Below, piece by piece: positions 46,896-61,180 of a DNA stretch of 64,000 nt. The notes beneath the pieces are model-generated. The model made no database searches, had not been told where the DNA came from, and saw nothing but the letters and a program-made list of their open reading frames with translations. The position numbers were made by a program, and so were the translations under genes. The number at the start of each line of letters is the position of its first letter. The stretch's first letter is position 1. This DNA is from Eledone cirrhosa (lineage: Eukaryota): contig OZ024746.1 of NCBI GenBank assembly GCA_964016885.1, positions 43,834,001-43,898,000 of the forward strand, given 5' to 3'.

Positions 46896-49800
46896 CTCCA
46901 TCCTTTTTCCATTATTTTTATCCTTTTTTACATTTCTCCAAATGCTTTTCTCTTCTCTCTTTTTATCATTTCTCTCTCTCTATATATATATATATATACC
47001 CCTCTCATTTCTCATCTCATGCTTTAGATTCTCTTTCCTCTTTTTTCTCCTGCTCTCCATTCAATATGTGTTTATATCTTAACCCAACTTTTTACTACAT
47101 ATATAGTATTCAGTTGTTTAGAGAATATAAGATTTTTATGAAAATTCATATATATATATATAGATAGGTAGACACACACACACATATATATATACATCTA
47201 GCTGTCAAAACGGCCAGAGCTCAGCCATCGGGGTCCTGACTCATTTCACATATATACTGTGTGTGTGAATCTAATCTTTAAAATGTTTTTTATGTTCTTC
47301 ATAATATTGCGTTTAAATGTTCTTGAATATTCACCAACACTCAAGGCTACCTCTTCGTTCATAACTAATTTGATATCCTCTGAGTTTCTTTCATATAATG
47401 TAGAATCAAAACTTTGACAGAGCCTATTTTTCTTTAAATGAGTATTGTAACAAACTATCTTTTTCTAAACTAACTGCCAACTAAAATCAATAATATCAAT
47501 CTCTTTTGTCAGAACTGGTGATCTTTTAATACACAGCCTTTAGCTCATGTCAGATATGCAAATGATTAAGCTACTATAATGGAAAAGTATGCCAAATATC
47601 TTTGTACCATTAGTGCTTTTCCTAAAATATGATACATTATTATATATTTTTTCATTAATATTCTTTCTTCCTCTCTAGCATTTAACTATATCTTTCCACA
47701 TAATTCTATCTTCAATAGTTATGGATTTTAGTTTAACTTCAACCAGACTTCAGATCTTCAAATTAATGGTGATTGAAACTTCATCCTATAATGGAATTTT
47801 AAACAAGCTATTTCAAAAAATGGCACCTTATACAAGAAAACTAACAACATTATTTTTGTTCAGCTTCAGGTATAGTGTTGTTTTTCCTCATTATTTTTAT
47901 CACAAGGAATAATTTACATTAAATAATTCAATATAGGTTAAAATTATATTTGAAAATAAAATACCAAAATATTATATAACTTATATAACCAAATAATTTG
48001 AATATATAAATAATAATTTATATAACAAAATAATTTGAATATATAAATACTGATTATTATTTTTGAGACACAATTCTTTTTGTAAAGAAATATAGGATTA
48101 TCAGAAACTGCTATGACTTTTATATTGATGTAGTTATTCAATATGTTCTACTATATTTACTTCATTAATTTTAACATAGTGATAAGTAGAAATGTTTTAT
48201 CATAAAAGCAACGCTTTAAGTAGAAGCCTGAAATTATAAAGTCTCATTCTGTACCAAATGCATAAACTCTCATCAAAACATGTATATGCAATATTTTAAT
48301 CATAAATCTATAAGGGAATAAAAACATTTTTCAAATTCAATTTGAAAGTATGAAAATATTACATCACGATATGGTTATAGAAATAGTTTGGTACTTATTT
48401 AGCAACTAAGATTTTGCATTAAATTATGAATTCAATAAATTTATTGGGTAGATCTAAAATACATTATTATCATTTCCCTTTTTATTCCCTTTGAATTCAT
48501 ATCTCATAGTAGTTATTTTATTGTTGTTAGATTTCTTGGATGGATAATAGATATTTAGAGTATATTTGTACATTTTTCACTTAATGACAGAGTATGTGGA
48601 TGAAGAAACTGATATAAGCTGCCCATAAAAAAATGCAATCTATATATAAATTTGAGCGATATCTGTCCATCACACAATGTATGTGTGTGTAAAAAGAAAG
48701 AAGAGGATGGTGAAAAAATTATAGCAAAAGAGTAGCTGGTGTTCCATTTGCTACGCTGTGTGTGAGTGTATGTGAGTGTTTTTGTAAATGTATGTGTGTT
48801 TGTGTGAATGTATGTCTCTGTGTTTGCATGTTTATATTTATATACTCATACATATAAATGCACATACACACACACAAACACATATCCTTCAAACAGTTGA
48901 AAAAAATTCTAGTATTTTAAATTCCTTCTTGTTATTAGTATTAGAGTTTTTTGTTGTTTAATGGAAATCCTTTGTGAAGATATACAATTTCCAGCTGGTG
49001 ACAGATGTTCTGTGTATGATAAATTTAATATGACGTAGGATGTTGCACATTAGCAAACATGTGCACCACATAATAGACACCAGTGTATTTTTCTTTTACA
49101 TTTTTTAATCTACCATTCAAGAACAGAAACATTCTCTTTGACAGGTTTCAAAATAGTTTTGCCTATCAAATTCCACTCAGAAGGTTTGGTTGACACTTGC
49201 TCAAAATTTCATGTAGTGAGATCAAACCCCAAAACTGATAGTTGAGAAGTGCTTCGTAATAACATGGCCATGCCTGTACTAATGTAGAACTAAAAGGAAG
49301 GTAGAATGGTTAGCTCTAGACTATGAATGGACCAAATTGTTATGGTGGATATATTTGTTGGCTAAGTGAACAGATTATTCTACCAAGAAACAACATATTG
49401 CCAGCAGTAAATAACTTAACTACTAAACAATCTGCTCTGCTTAACTATGATTTACTGATAATATACTTCAAAATACTTCCTTTAAACAAACAAATCCAAC
49501 ACAATTTTATTAATAGTCTGTCCTTATACACTAACATTTTGATTTACAAAAAATCACAAAAAGGATATATGGTATAGTGGAGAAAATGGTTGTAATTTGT
49601 AGTTCAAATCTAAATGATTTATGTTCATTACTACAAGAGCAGCAAAAATACACATCTACATCAATGATCCTTACATAAAACAGCTAGCTCTTAATTACAA
49701 ATACATCATTTTAGCAGTATATTGTGCTGATTATTCAATACACTGGCATTCTTGGTAATTTTGTTTATGATGATCACAGAAGAAAATATAAAAAAGGAAA

Positions 49801-51824
49801 ATGCCATTGATTGTTACATTAAAAATATATTATACTCATGTCATTATCAAAATTAAGCAATGATAGTGCACTTAAAGCAAGATGAAACAGACCACAATTT
49901 ACAAATTGATAAAAATATGTTTAAATAAACATTCGATTCTGAAGTGTATTTATTCCATTTATAATTTATTTCATAATATATGTATAGTATATTTTGACCC
50001 TAGTCATAGAATATACATTTTGCATTGGAATGCTATTTTCATATTGCAAACTAATAAATATAAAGATCATATACTAGGAATAGCAGACATAATATTTACA
50101 ATCATATTCAGAAAATCACTAAAATATATATCATTAAAATACGTTTCAGAAATTTAAAATCATATAATGTTCATATGTTAAACATTCAAGCTATCTATAT
50201 TTTATTTTATGAATAGCTTTTTATTTGTGTTCTTATATAAGAAGAATATCAGTATATAAGCAGTGTTGCATATTGTTACTGATAAAACTTTTAATTTCTG
50301 CTCATCTGATCCATATTCAGATTTTGTTATTGCATTTTATAAAGTACAGGATTTTGAGAGATTTAAAGTCAAAGGAATTTCTTTGCCAAGGCACGAATAT
50401 GAATTTTACAACATAATGCTTATTTTCCTTTTCCTTAATTCACTGAGAAAGAAAAAAGAGATTATAGTGATTTTGTTGCATAGAAATTTCATGCGAGCAA
50501 AATGATTGGTTTAAATATATGAGTTGAAACACAATCTTTAAATTGAAAGAGAATACAGATGAATTGCTTTTGTTAAGGTACATCCTATGAAAAGCTTACA
50601 TTATGGAAACTTCAATAAAATATTGAAATAAAAGGTAAATTTAGCTTTGTACTTTTTCAGACATAAACGGCTTTTTTTTCCGTTTCATTTGAACACAAAG
50701 TAAAGGATACAAGCTATTAATATAAAAAAGAAAATCCCTGTAATTTTCTAAGAAGAGTTGTATTGAAATATTATAGAGTTCAAAAGAAAAAGTATTCATA
50801 ACTCTATTTTGTTGACAACCCACTGTTAAAAAGTTTTCAGACAATTTATTTAGAAAGTCCCCATGAAAATATATTAATGTTGATATTGCACAAAATCGAA
50901 TATTGTATTTTCATTCACTTTAACATTTTTCCTATAACATATTGAATTTGAAATTTGCTTCTCTTTACATAGTAATTCACCAAATAGGAAAATACCTTCA
51001 GTTATTAAAAATTGGAATGTTGTATAATTGCTGGAGAGTACTTTAAACTGAAGCCAATTCTACATATAGTTCAATTTATGAATGGAACTTGAATTTGCAT
51101 GTTAGTTTTGAGCAGATTATTTTGGCTCTTTTTCTGCTTCATTACCAAATACTGAATTTATCAATATGACTAAATATATTTACTATAAACCCAGCAATCA
51201 AAATATGTTTTTCAGGAAATATTTTCTTCATTATTATTCATAATTTATTTTGAGGTTGACTTCGTAACAGTGTTCATGGATAAGCCATAATTTTTCTATT
51301 TATCTTCTGCTTTTCAATATCTTAAATTTTACAAGTATTCTCTTTTCTTCATACTATCTCATTTAAAACAAGAGTCCTAATTCAACAAAACTTTTTGTTA
51401 TAATAGAGTACTTCAAGCTACATTAGTATTAGTTTTAATCCAACTGCTGGAAATGAATAACAAGCTGCATTCTTTCATCATAAATTCTGAAGGTTTTTTA
51501 TAGTTTAATATTCATAATAAATCAGGTGATAAGAACAACTACACTGTGATAACTCATTCCTTTTTCGTTTTTAGATTTGACTGAAGACTGGGCAACCATC
51601 TTCCAGGAATTTAGTAAAATTATATGAACCCTAGTACTCATTTTATTGATCTATATTTATGGAATTGCTGCTTGTAAGAACTCACTCACTCACTCTCTCT
51701 CTCTCTCTATATATATATATATGTGTGTGTATGTATGTATGTATATATGTAAAATGTAAACAGAAATAACATAATTGGTACAGTATATGGAAGGAATATA
51801 TTTGGTTAACGGTGGAAATAGCAG

Positions 51825-51872
51825 GAAGAGGGTCTTAACATTTCGAACGCTAGTCCTTCATCAGAAGAAAGA
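51825..51872 (-). ncRNA. Penelope-type minimal hammerhead core in a pseudo-LTR remnant (~51750-51950)
   Basis: Minus strand TCTT-CTGATGA-AGGACTAGCGTTC-GAAA-TGTTA-AGA. Confidence 0.6.
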
Positions 51873-52431
51873 ATGAGAAATTAGACAGATAGAAGGGATG
51901 GACGGTGGGTACAAATACAAGAAAAGAGCAATTAACACATAATGTGAAAGTTGAATATATATAATAACAGTTTGCATAACTCATGTATAAGTAGATAAAT
52001 CATAGCTCAATTTTATGTACAACATTTACAATGTATAATATAATTTGAATTGAGATTTTGTAGGTCCCACAGATAAATAACATACTGCTTTTTCATGTTC
52101 TATCTTTGTGACAAAAAAATACTACTTATACACAAGTATATATGCTATATATATAAAATGGGCTTCTATAGAGTTTCTGTCTAGCATATTTCAATCACAA
52201 GTATTGATCCACCTGAGGCTATGGTAGAAGGTGCTACACAATGAGATCAAGCTTAGGTTCACATGGTAGGGAACCAACTACTTACTCACCCAACTGTGAG
52301 TGCAATCTTTGTACTACTTTGATGTCTTCTTTTTTATTTAAAAGTAATTATGTTAATTAAATGTTTTTTCTTCACTTTATACAAAATATCTAAATAAAAA
52401 CTAAATGTTATATAATAGAAATAGGCATTAC

Positions 52432-52490
52432 CTTTGTATTTTCAAAGAAATTTGAAACTTACCTAGAAAAGAAAAAAATAATAAAGATTA
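52432..52490 (-). other. Candidate recursive splice site or 31-nt micro-exon
   Basis: Minus strand TATTAATCTTTATTATTTTTTTCTTTTCTAG|GTAAGT, with a second donor AAG|GTAATG 31 nt later. Confidence 0.4.
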
Positions 52491-52742
52491 ATACAAAATT
52501 TCATCTTTATGGGGAAAATGTATGGGGAAAATATAAAGCTGATTTAAAAAGAATTTATATATACCAGGTATGGAGCCAAGTCAAAACTAAGAGGGGACAC
52601 TAAAGCCCCAAAATTCATTGAGATGGTTACAAAGTGTGTGACAAAAGAGCATTATCAATTAAATAACCATTTGGTTGCTAAAACATCTGATGAATGGATT
52701 AGTTACCTGACTAATAACAAAAAAACTGAAGTGAAACTCAAC

Positions 52743-52792
<50 letters not shown>

Positions 52793-52796
<4 letters not shown>

Positions 52797-53006
52797 TCAT
52801 TTTACGTCCACTTTTCCCTGCTAGCAAGGGCGGAACGGATCCTATTCAGCACAGTATCTCTCCATTTGTCACGGTCCCTCGTCATCTCCTCTGCGAGTTT
52901 CAGCAATCTGTGGTCAGCTCTCACCACCTCCGCCCATCATTTTTGTGGTCTTCCTCTACTGCGTCTTCCTTCCACTGGGATTTCTTGGCACTTCTTTACC
53001 CAGCGG
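52793..53006 (-). mobile_element. RTE subfamily A 3' fragment
   Basis: Matches 1775-1980 including the tail stem-loop. Confidence 0.88.
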
Positions 53007-54579
53007 TATATATATAAACAACTGTACAGATGTGACGGCCTGTGGCTTACTGGTTAGGGTAATTGGGCTTAAAGCAATATGTACATTTCCTAGACAAGAT
53101 GGCATATTATGTTCTTGAGCAAAATACATTAACCTGTACCATTTTGTGATCTACCTCACAGATTCAGAATATATCACTTATATTTTAATATATTTTTCTC
53201 TTATAAATCACAATAGTTATCCCAAAAGCATGCTTGAGTTACACTTCATTTTGCTTGTTATTCGTATATGGATTCAAATATACTGGTGTGAACAGTAAAT
53301 AATCCTAAAAAAAAAAAAAAAAAAAAAAATCACAGAAAATCACTTTCTTTTTCATCTTCAGAAAATATGTGGAAATTCTCCCTAAGAAGGATCCAATAAC
53401 TGAGAAAATACTTTTGGATAGATGTCAAAAGACGATAGTCAGTGTAAGAAGTCAAGCTAGATTTTATCACATAACTTAAAGATGCAGAGAAAAGCAACCT
53501 TAATTTTTTTTATAGATTGCTATGTTCTAGAGAGCTTATGATCTAGGCAAAATATAGCACTGAATCAAAATAAAAACCACATTAGTGGCTTCTGAAAAAT
53601 ACAAATGGTTTTAGAAATGAGAATCACATCTACAATGGTTTGATGTTTAAATGCAGAGGCATGCTTCTGCTTTTATTGTGGAGATAATGATATTGATTTG
53701 ACTAGATTGCATAATAAAATAAATGAAGCTATATAGAGAGGTCCATGCAGCAGGCAAATGACGAAGGGATTTTGTGGTGGAAAATAAAAAGAATACATAT
53801 TCTGGATAGTCAACTTTTAAAACATTTCTATACTATTTTCCTTCTTGTTAGGCTTAAATAGTTGAGCTGTTAGGCAAAAAACGTTTGGAACACATACAGT
53901 TCTTACTCATGAGCTCTTCTGATGGTGGTACTTCTCAGGAAATATGTCCCCTAAAGTAGATTTACATATAAATACTGTCCTCATTTTGTATGGACAACAG
54001 TGCTTCAGAAATCTTTTTTAATGATAACCTATTCCTGTTAATCAGCTAATGATTAATTCGGATGGAAGTTGTATATAACTAACCTACTATATGAAGTTCA
54101 TAGATAATACTATATGCTCAAACAGAGAAAAATAACTGTAAATACAGTTGGTTGCTATAAATCATCATTGTTTAATGTCTATCTTCCACTCTAACATGGG
54201 TTTTTATAAAATCAGGTAAAGACCCTTATAGATGGAAAAGGAAGTTGGCAGCAGTCACTATGAGGCATTTAACCACATATCTCTCAGATACTGGCTGAAT
54301 GTTCTAGCTAGTGAGCTAAGGAAGAATATATTTATCAATTTATCTAGCAGCAGTCAGTGAGAGTTGTCAGATTGTCAGCAGTCACCAATCAATGATGCTA
54401 GCCTATTATATGAATCAACCAATGAGGAAGAGCTTTACTCAACATTGAATGTTAGAAGATGCCAAAGCCTGAATACTCAGAAGTGTATTTTCTCACCCAT
54501 ATGAAACTTTAAATAATAGAATTCTCTATCAAATGGTTTATACAAACAAATAAACACCCTTCTCCCTGTGTGTGTGTGC

Positions 54580-54622
<43 letters not shown>

Positions 54623-55299
54623 TATCATAATCATCACCATTTAACATCTATGTTCCATGCTTGCATGGGATAGATGGGCTGTTCCAATCATGAGACAAGT
54701 TTGGCCAGATTGGCCATGTTATACCTTTTTCAAACAGAACTGGTTGGGAATTTTACACAACAACAAAAAAAAGAAATGAAAGAAGAAAAAGGAAAAAGAG
54801 TTAAGCAGCAAAAGAAAGGGAGTGTGGGGACCGACACACCTCAACCTCAGTTAAAGCATTTCCATGGGAAATCACCAGAGACACCCACTGCAACAGCCAA
54901 CCCACCTCATGAGGCTACATCCTCAAGTGGGCTGCTGTCTTTGAAATTTTACAGCAGAAATCAGCTGAGCAAGGACCAAGGACAACAGAGGTTTTGACAG
55001 AGAGCAGTACAAAGAGAAGGCAGTTGGTCAGGATCTAAAATTTAACTATCTTACTCTCCTCTGTATTGCAGGCAGCAGAGCCAGTGTTTGTAACTGTTAT
55101 GTAACAGTTACAACCTCATCTGACAGCTATTATGTGAACAGAAAATTGCATGTATAAAATACACAAACATAAAATAAAATGAATAGAAATTACTCATGCA
55201 GTTTCCATTCAGTAATATGCCACAGGCAGGATATTGGTGTTGTTTCTTTAAAACCTTGCTTATATATATATCATCATCATCATTAATATATATGTGTGT

Positions 55300-55339
<40 letters not shown>

Positions 55340-55348
<9 letters not shown>

Positions 55349-55873
55349 ATTAAATAAATGGAAACTATATTTATAAAACCATATTTATTTCATTATACAT
55401 ATTTCAGGGATACCAAATTAAAATATGGTATGCCTTCATCAGACAAAATACAATATATAAACAGTTTTATAAATAATTTTGACGTACCCTATTAGATGCG
55501 ACCATTATTTTTGGAAGCTGTCTGGATAGTGAGATGTTTATAATTATTTTATTAGTTATAGTGTTAAGCACAGTTTTCTCTCTCCTTCTCTCTCTCCGTT
55601 TTGTCTTTCTCTCTGTCTTTCTCTCCGTCTTTTTTCTAACTGTGCTTAACACTATAACTAATAAAATAATTATAAACATCTCACTATCCAGACAGCTTCC
55701 AAAAATAATGGTCGCATCTAATAGGGTACGTCAAAATTATTTATAAAACTGTTTATATATTGTATTTTGTCTGATGAAGGCAAACCATATTTTAATTTGG
55801 TATCCCTGAAATATGTATAATGAAATAAATATGGTTTTATAAATATAGTTTCCATTTATTTAATATCGTATAT
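55340..55873. repeat. Long palindrome: 236-bp arms (55340-55575, 55638-55873) with 62-nt pyrimidine spacer; inverted Penelope-type pseudo-LTRs
   Basis: Arms are reverse complements with two mismatches seen; mirrored ORFs 55467-55679 (-) and 55534-55746 (+); hammerhead core in each arm. Confidence 0.95.
55763..55825 (+). ncRNA. Hammerhead ribozyme core (mirror copy on - strand at ~55388-55450)
   Basis: CTGATGA (55771), stem II AGG..ACCA-loop-TGGT..CCT, GAAA (55808), TATGTA short stem III. Confidence 0.7.
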
Positions 55874-55952
55874 CTACTCCAAAAACTTGTTGAGTGCTTT
55901 ATATCAGTTATAAAATATTTACTTGTATGCCAACAATTTTAAATAGAACTTT

Positions 55953-56077
<125 letters not shown>

Positions 56078-56689
56078 ATAAATACAATTGTAAATAACTA
56101 ACACTTTATATTATCTCAAAAGAAACAGAAGAGCTCACAAAATTAAGTATTCGGAGAATTTTACATTAAAAAGGGTAACGACAGAAAATACATTTTAAAG
56201 ACAAAAAATAGAGTAATTGTAAACTGTGAAGATATTGATGGCTGTTCCTTCATCTCAGATTTTCCTTATTATGCAAATCAAATTACATTTAAAATCATCA
56301 AAAAGTCAAATTGAGATTTGTTCTTTCCAATGTAATGAGAGATATGAATAATTAACAGCCAGCTCTAAATTGTAAAGTTTCTCTCCTTAAAATAAGAATG
56401 ATAGAATGTAGAATGTAAGTATATCAACAATACAATAAATACCAATAAACCATTAAACCATACATTATTCCTAACAACCTACACAAAGCAATAGAAAGGA
56501 CAATAAATTCCAGATAAATATAAATAAGAACATGACAAATTCGGATGTTCGCATGAAAATTTAAGAGCAGACCATGCTTAGATGTATTTGCTTCTTTTTT
56601 TTTTTGTCTATGAAATGAATCAAAAACTTGAGATGGAAAAAGAGTTGTTACAACCAGCAGGAATATGGATGCTGTATCTAATCTCTCAT

Positions 56690-57290
56690 CACAAGTTCCT
56701 TTGTCAATGGTAGGGAAGACATCTGGACCATCTGATATAATTGCCAAGGTGCTGAAATCATCTGGCATGGTAAATTATGAGCCAGCCAGATGCATAGTTA
56801 ATCAAGTAGTACAAAATGATGTCATACCTAATGACTGACACAGCAGAATCATTGAGAACTGCTACAAGGGTTAGGAAAAGGTAACCATAGAGGTATCACT
56901 TAATTAGAATCAGAGTTAAGTTGACAGGCAGTTTGATTCTATGCCCACTACTATTTATCATTATCCTTCAAGCCATTAGAGAGGAGTTTAAACTGTGCCT
57001 GCTAAGGAAACTCTTTATGCTGATGGTCTCTATATCTGAATCTGTAAAAAGGTTAGTAGCAAAATTCCAAGCAGTTGAATATTCTAAAAGTAAACACAGC
57101 AAAAACTAGTCTTGACAAGTAGAAAGAAAGACAAAAAGCTAACACCAACAGGGAAGTCGCCGTATTCAATGTGTTGAAAAAGGGAGGGCAGAAACTCCAT
57201 AAGGTGTAGAGTATAATCTATGATCACATAAGAGATATAGTGGGATTGTAGGCAGGCTAAATGCAAAGATAGATATTATATGCATCAGAC
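56690..57290 (+). mobile_element. Heavily decayed RTE RT fragment
   Basis: GKTSGPSDIIAKVLKSSG, NCYKG, LCPLLFIIILQAIREEFK, remnants of the Cys-rich insert. Confidence 0.75.
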
Positions 57291-58166
57291 ACAAAAGAAA
57301 TAAGCACTGAAAGCACATGAAATACATATTTCAACAAACACCCAAAAGACTAGGAGAAGATACAACAAAATCTACTCTAAGGGAGTTTGTCAAGGATTTA
57401 AAGAATGTGATACAGTAAAAACTGGAAAAATTACAAAGAGAAAGCAAAACCAGTGAGCAGGATAACAAATGCATCATTGACTAACTTTAACTGATCATTA
57501 TGCAACAAATTTTGGCAGTGTCAGGGTTTATTTTAAGTGGGAGAAATGTATGACAAACTTTTTTAAGGAGGACTTAAAGGAATAATACCAGAAAGGAGTC
57601 TACATCTTATTGTTCAGAGAATATACCTTTATGTGCAAGAGGATATGTGAAATGATCAGCAGGAAAATATTAATTTTCAGAAGTGATGGATTGAAATATG
57701 AGTTAAACTATGAATAAAGACAATGCTTGTATTTACTATGAAGCATATATTGAAATTATATATCAAAATTTAAATGGTAAAAAAAATACCAAGAAGCTTT
57801 GTTTGAAAATTAAATTATTCCTTTTAATCAGTGATACATGTTCCATATGATTTCGATGAAGCAATTTCTCAGCAGGATGATGCCCCATGACAACAAAATC
57901 CAGTGTGGAATAGTTAAAAGATCATAAAGCAAACCTTCTTCAATAGCTGTAAAATAATCACGACCATAACCCAATAGAAACTTTATAGTCAAAACTCAAG
58001 AGACTGGTATTAGTTTCCAAACCAAGCAACATAATTCAATTAATCAAAAGAATCCTCAATGCCTGCTTTAGAACAATAATTCCAGAGGGGCTGACATACT
58101 CTATAACATCCATGACAAGAAGAATGCCTGTGGTAATCAATGCAAAAATTTATTCTAACTATTAAG

Positions 58167-58516
58167 ATCATCATCGTAATTTTACATCAGCTGTTCCACG
58201 CTTGCCTGGGTTGGATGGGTCCTTCTCAAAATAGCATCTCTCTACTTGCCATGTTCCTTTGTCATCTCTGTGAGCTTTAGTGATGTGAGATCAGCTCTCA
58301 CCCTTTCCACCCAAGTCTTCCTTGGTCTTCCTCTACAGAAACTTCCTTCTACTGAGATTACTTGATACTTCATCACCCAGCAATCATCATCCATGCACGT
58401 CATATGTCCATACCAATGCAGTCTGCCCTTCTGCACACTACTTCTGATTCCTCTTATACCCAGTTTCTCCCTCAGTTCATCCATCGAAGCATGCTTACCT
58501 CATTTCTCTCCAGCTT
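58167..58516 (-). mobile_element. RTE 3' fragment
   Basis: DELREKLGIRGI..RLHWYGHM..RGRPRKTW; (CAT)n tail. Confidence 0.88.
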
Positions 58517-60057
58517 CACAAGATTAAATGATTTTGTGTTTCATACACCTGGGTTTCGGTTGATATTTAGTGTATCTAAATCTCTAAGTTATATCTATTT
58601 GCAAAAAATATCAATTTGAAAACAACAGTTGCAACAGAACAACAAAATATCCTTTATATATGATTACAAGAATAATTATGAACTGGAAAGAGGCATAAAG
58701 CCAACAAGCAAAAATTATGTTGATATGTATCCAGAATTTTGGCTTCTACTAAATAATCATTGCTATATAAAATAAGAGTATTACACAGACATCTCTTTGA
58801 TCTCAGAGTAGTTTTGATTACTTATGGGAGATGAGATAACCTCATCATATTTCAATACAGCAGATGAACAAATACCAACCAATAATATTTTATGAAGTTG
58901 TTTCTGGGCAACTTAAGGAGGAATTGTGTAAGTATATGCCTCATTTGACAGTAAAATTGGCAGCTTTTCCTATTTATAAAAATCTCTCAAGGTATACATG
59001 GTCAATGTAAAGGTGTCCAAGAAAGAATGACATGCCAAATTCAGTGCTTCATTCCTTTGTGTAGCAGTGGCTGCTCCTCTCTTCTTACCAGCCTTTGAAA
59101 TTTCCTGTTATCTCATATAATGTATGGTATCTTGCAGTCTCTCAGGATAGGTGAACTTTTTCTTCAGTCAAGTAAAGAGATTGTAATACTTCAGGAGACT
59201 GTAACTATCACAAGATCTCTTGAGCCTTAAAGTATTATTTTAGGAGACAATGAAAAGGGTGTGTTAATGAAATGTAAAATGGTTGAAATTAAATAATTTT
59301 GTTTGAGGAATTAGTTCTTAAATAGTTTCAGTGATGAATAATTGCCCTTTGATTAGGACTGTGCAACAAAGATATTACTCTGATGATCACACTGTGACAA
59401 CGACATAATTGAAATCCCCAGAATATGAAAGATGAAAATCAACTCTATATTGTGATAATGTTATTTTATCTAAATTCTAAAATATTATTTGTTAAATCCA
59501 GTTCATAAACATTGTTTTCCTAAATGTAAGAATGCCTTTAATTACTTTTTTCTAATAATAAATGCTACCAAAACATTGTTCACCTTTAAAAAAAAAGAAG
59601 TTTAGTCTGTTTGGACAATTTCAGAAAGTACTTTTTCTCAATAGTACATCACATTTACACAACAATCTTCTGCATACATCTGTCCTCTATCACTCTCTTC
59701 CTTTTAGCTTGCTAATATGTTTTTGAATTTCAATCCTTCTTCATTCTAAATAATCAATTAAAATTGACACAGCCTTCTTGAACATTTCATGTTACTATTC
59801 ATTTGAATGGATATTTTCCAAGTTTTGCCTGTGAATATGTTTTTGTACCCAACCATCTTTCTGTAGGACTGAAATTTTATCCTGCTTAGGCTTTAGCCCC
59901 TCTACACATATGCAATTTGTCAGTTTGAATCTGCAAAGCAAAAAATTGCAAATTCGTGTAGAGGGGGGGGGGGGGGGGGCCATCCGTATTGTTTTCTATG
60001 TAACACAGATTACCTCAGAACATTTTCTGACACTGTAGCATGGCTAGCTAACCATCT

Positions 60058-60245
60058 AATAATTGTTTCTACTTTTGGCACAAGGCCAGCAATTATCCTA
60101 GTGTATTACTGGTACTTTATGTTATCGACCCCGTAAGGATGAAAGGCAAAGTTAACCTCGGTGGGATTTGAACTCAGAATGGCAAGCGCCATAACTCTAT
60201 GCGTCAAAGCATGGTATCCAACCCTCTACCGATACTGCCAAGCTA
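60058..60245 (-). mobile_element. SINE family 1 copy
   Basis: Reverse-complement match to 37345-37535. Confidence 0.9.
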
Positions 60246-60959
60246 CCTTCACTGAGAGTGGCTTTCCTAATACCTTCAAATCATTGGAGAACATATTAAG
60301 ATAACTTTTGACATTTCTGCCTCCAGAATATCTCATTCTCTACTAATTGTTTCTTGACTCATATGTGATGATGATAAAGATGATGATGATATTTTATTCA
60401 CTTCATCTCTTTATCTATATTCATCTCCCGTGGTGCTGTCACCTGCATACATAGGGCAAGAAAAAAGTTTTAAATTATCATATAGATAATGCTCGATCAA
60501 GAAGGTAAACATGGCTGTGACACATGCTTGTATTTTATGAACCTTTGAGTTGCTTTGTACACTGAGAATATGCCTATGTTTGCTTCTTTGTCTTTAGTGG
60601 CAAGGTTTGGTTAGTGCTCAGATTAGCTTTAGTGTGAGGAATAGCTAATTGAAGAAAGAAAAATGCAAAACTAATTTACGTTTCCTCTTAGAGAACTAAA
60701 AGGGAAGATTACAACTGGATAAATTGGGATTACGAATTCAAATAAAAACAGATTATGTATATGCATAGAAGAATGGTAAGTGGTGTCAAAATCAGAAAGC
60801 TACAGAACAAAATATAAAGGTCGGCAAGAGAATATATTTTCATTCAAGGATATTTATAATTCTGTTAATAAAATCTTTAAATAAGGGGGAAAATAACTGA
60901 AATAAACTTTTGAAAACAATCGTTTTAATTTGAGAAAGAAAAATACTGAAAAACTAGGT

Positions 60960-61180
60960 AACATTGGAATGCATGCTACTAACAAAAGGCTGGGAAAAAT
61001 CTGTCCAGCAATTCTTTCCTTAGACATTCTAATCACAAGTCCATAATATTGGAGCTTTAATCTCTTGATTTGTAGATGCAGTGACTCTACCTGAAGCGAC
61101 TTTGATCTCTGAGCTGCAGACTCTATTTAGTAATGTTACTCCAAAAATACTTCAGAGGAACCCCATTTCCAACACTTGTA
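60960..61180 (-). mobile_element. Decayed Rex3/Expander-like RTE fragment
   Basis: Manual translation: LEMGFL*SIFGVTLLNRVCSSEI..RMSKERIAGQI. Confidence 0.55.

Noticed and set aside
54674-54997. 107-aa ORF with a K/E/Q-rich stretch
   Set aside because: Starts within an RTE-type tail remnant, low complexity, no recognisable domain; possibly a decayed retroelement 5' region
55467-55746. Two mirrored 70-aa ORFs with hydrophobic N-termini (toxin/antitoxin-like appearance)
   Set aside because: A direct consequence of the palindrome and AT-rich composition
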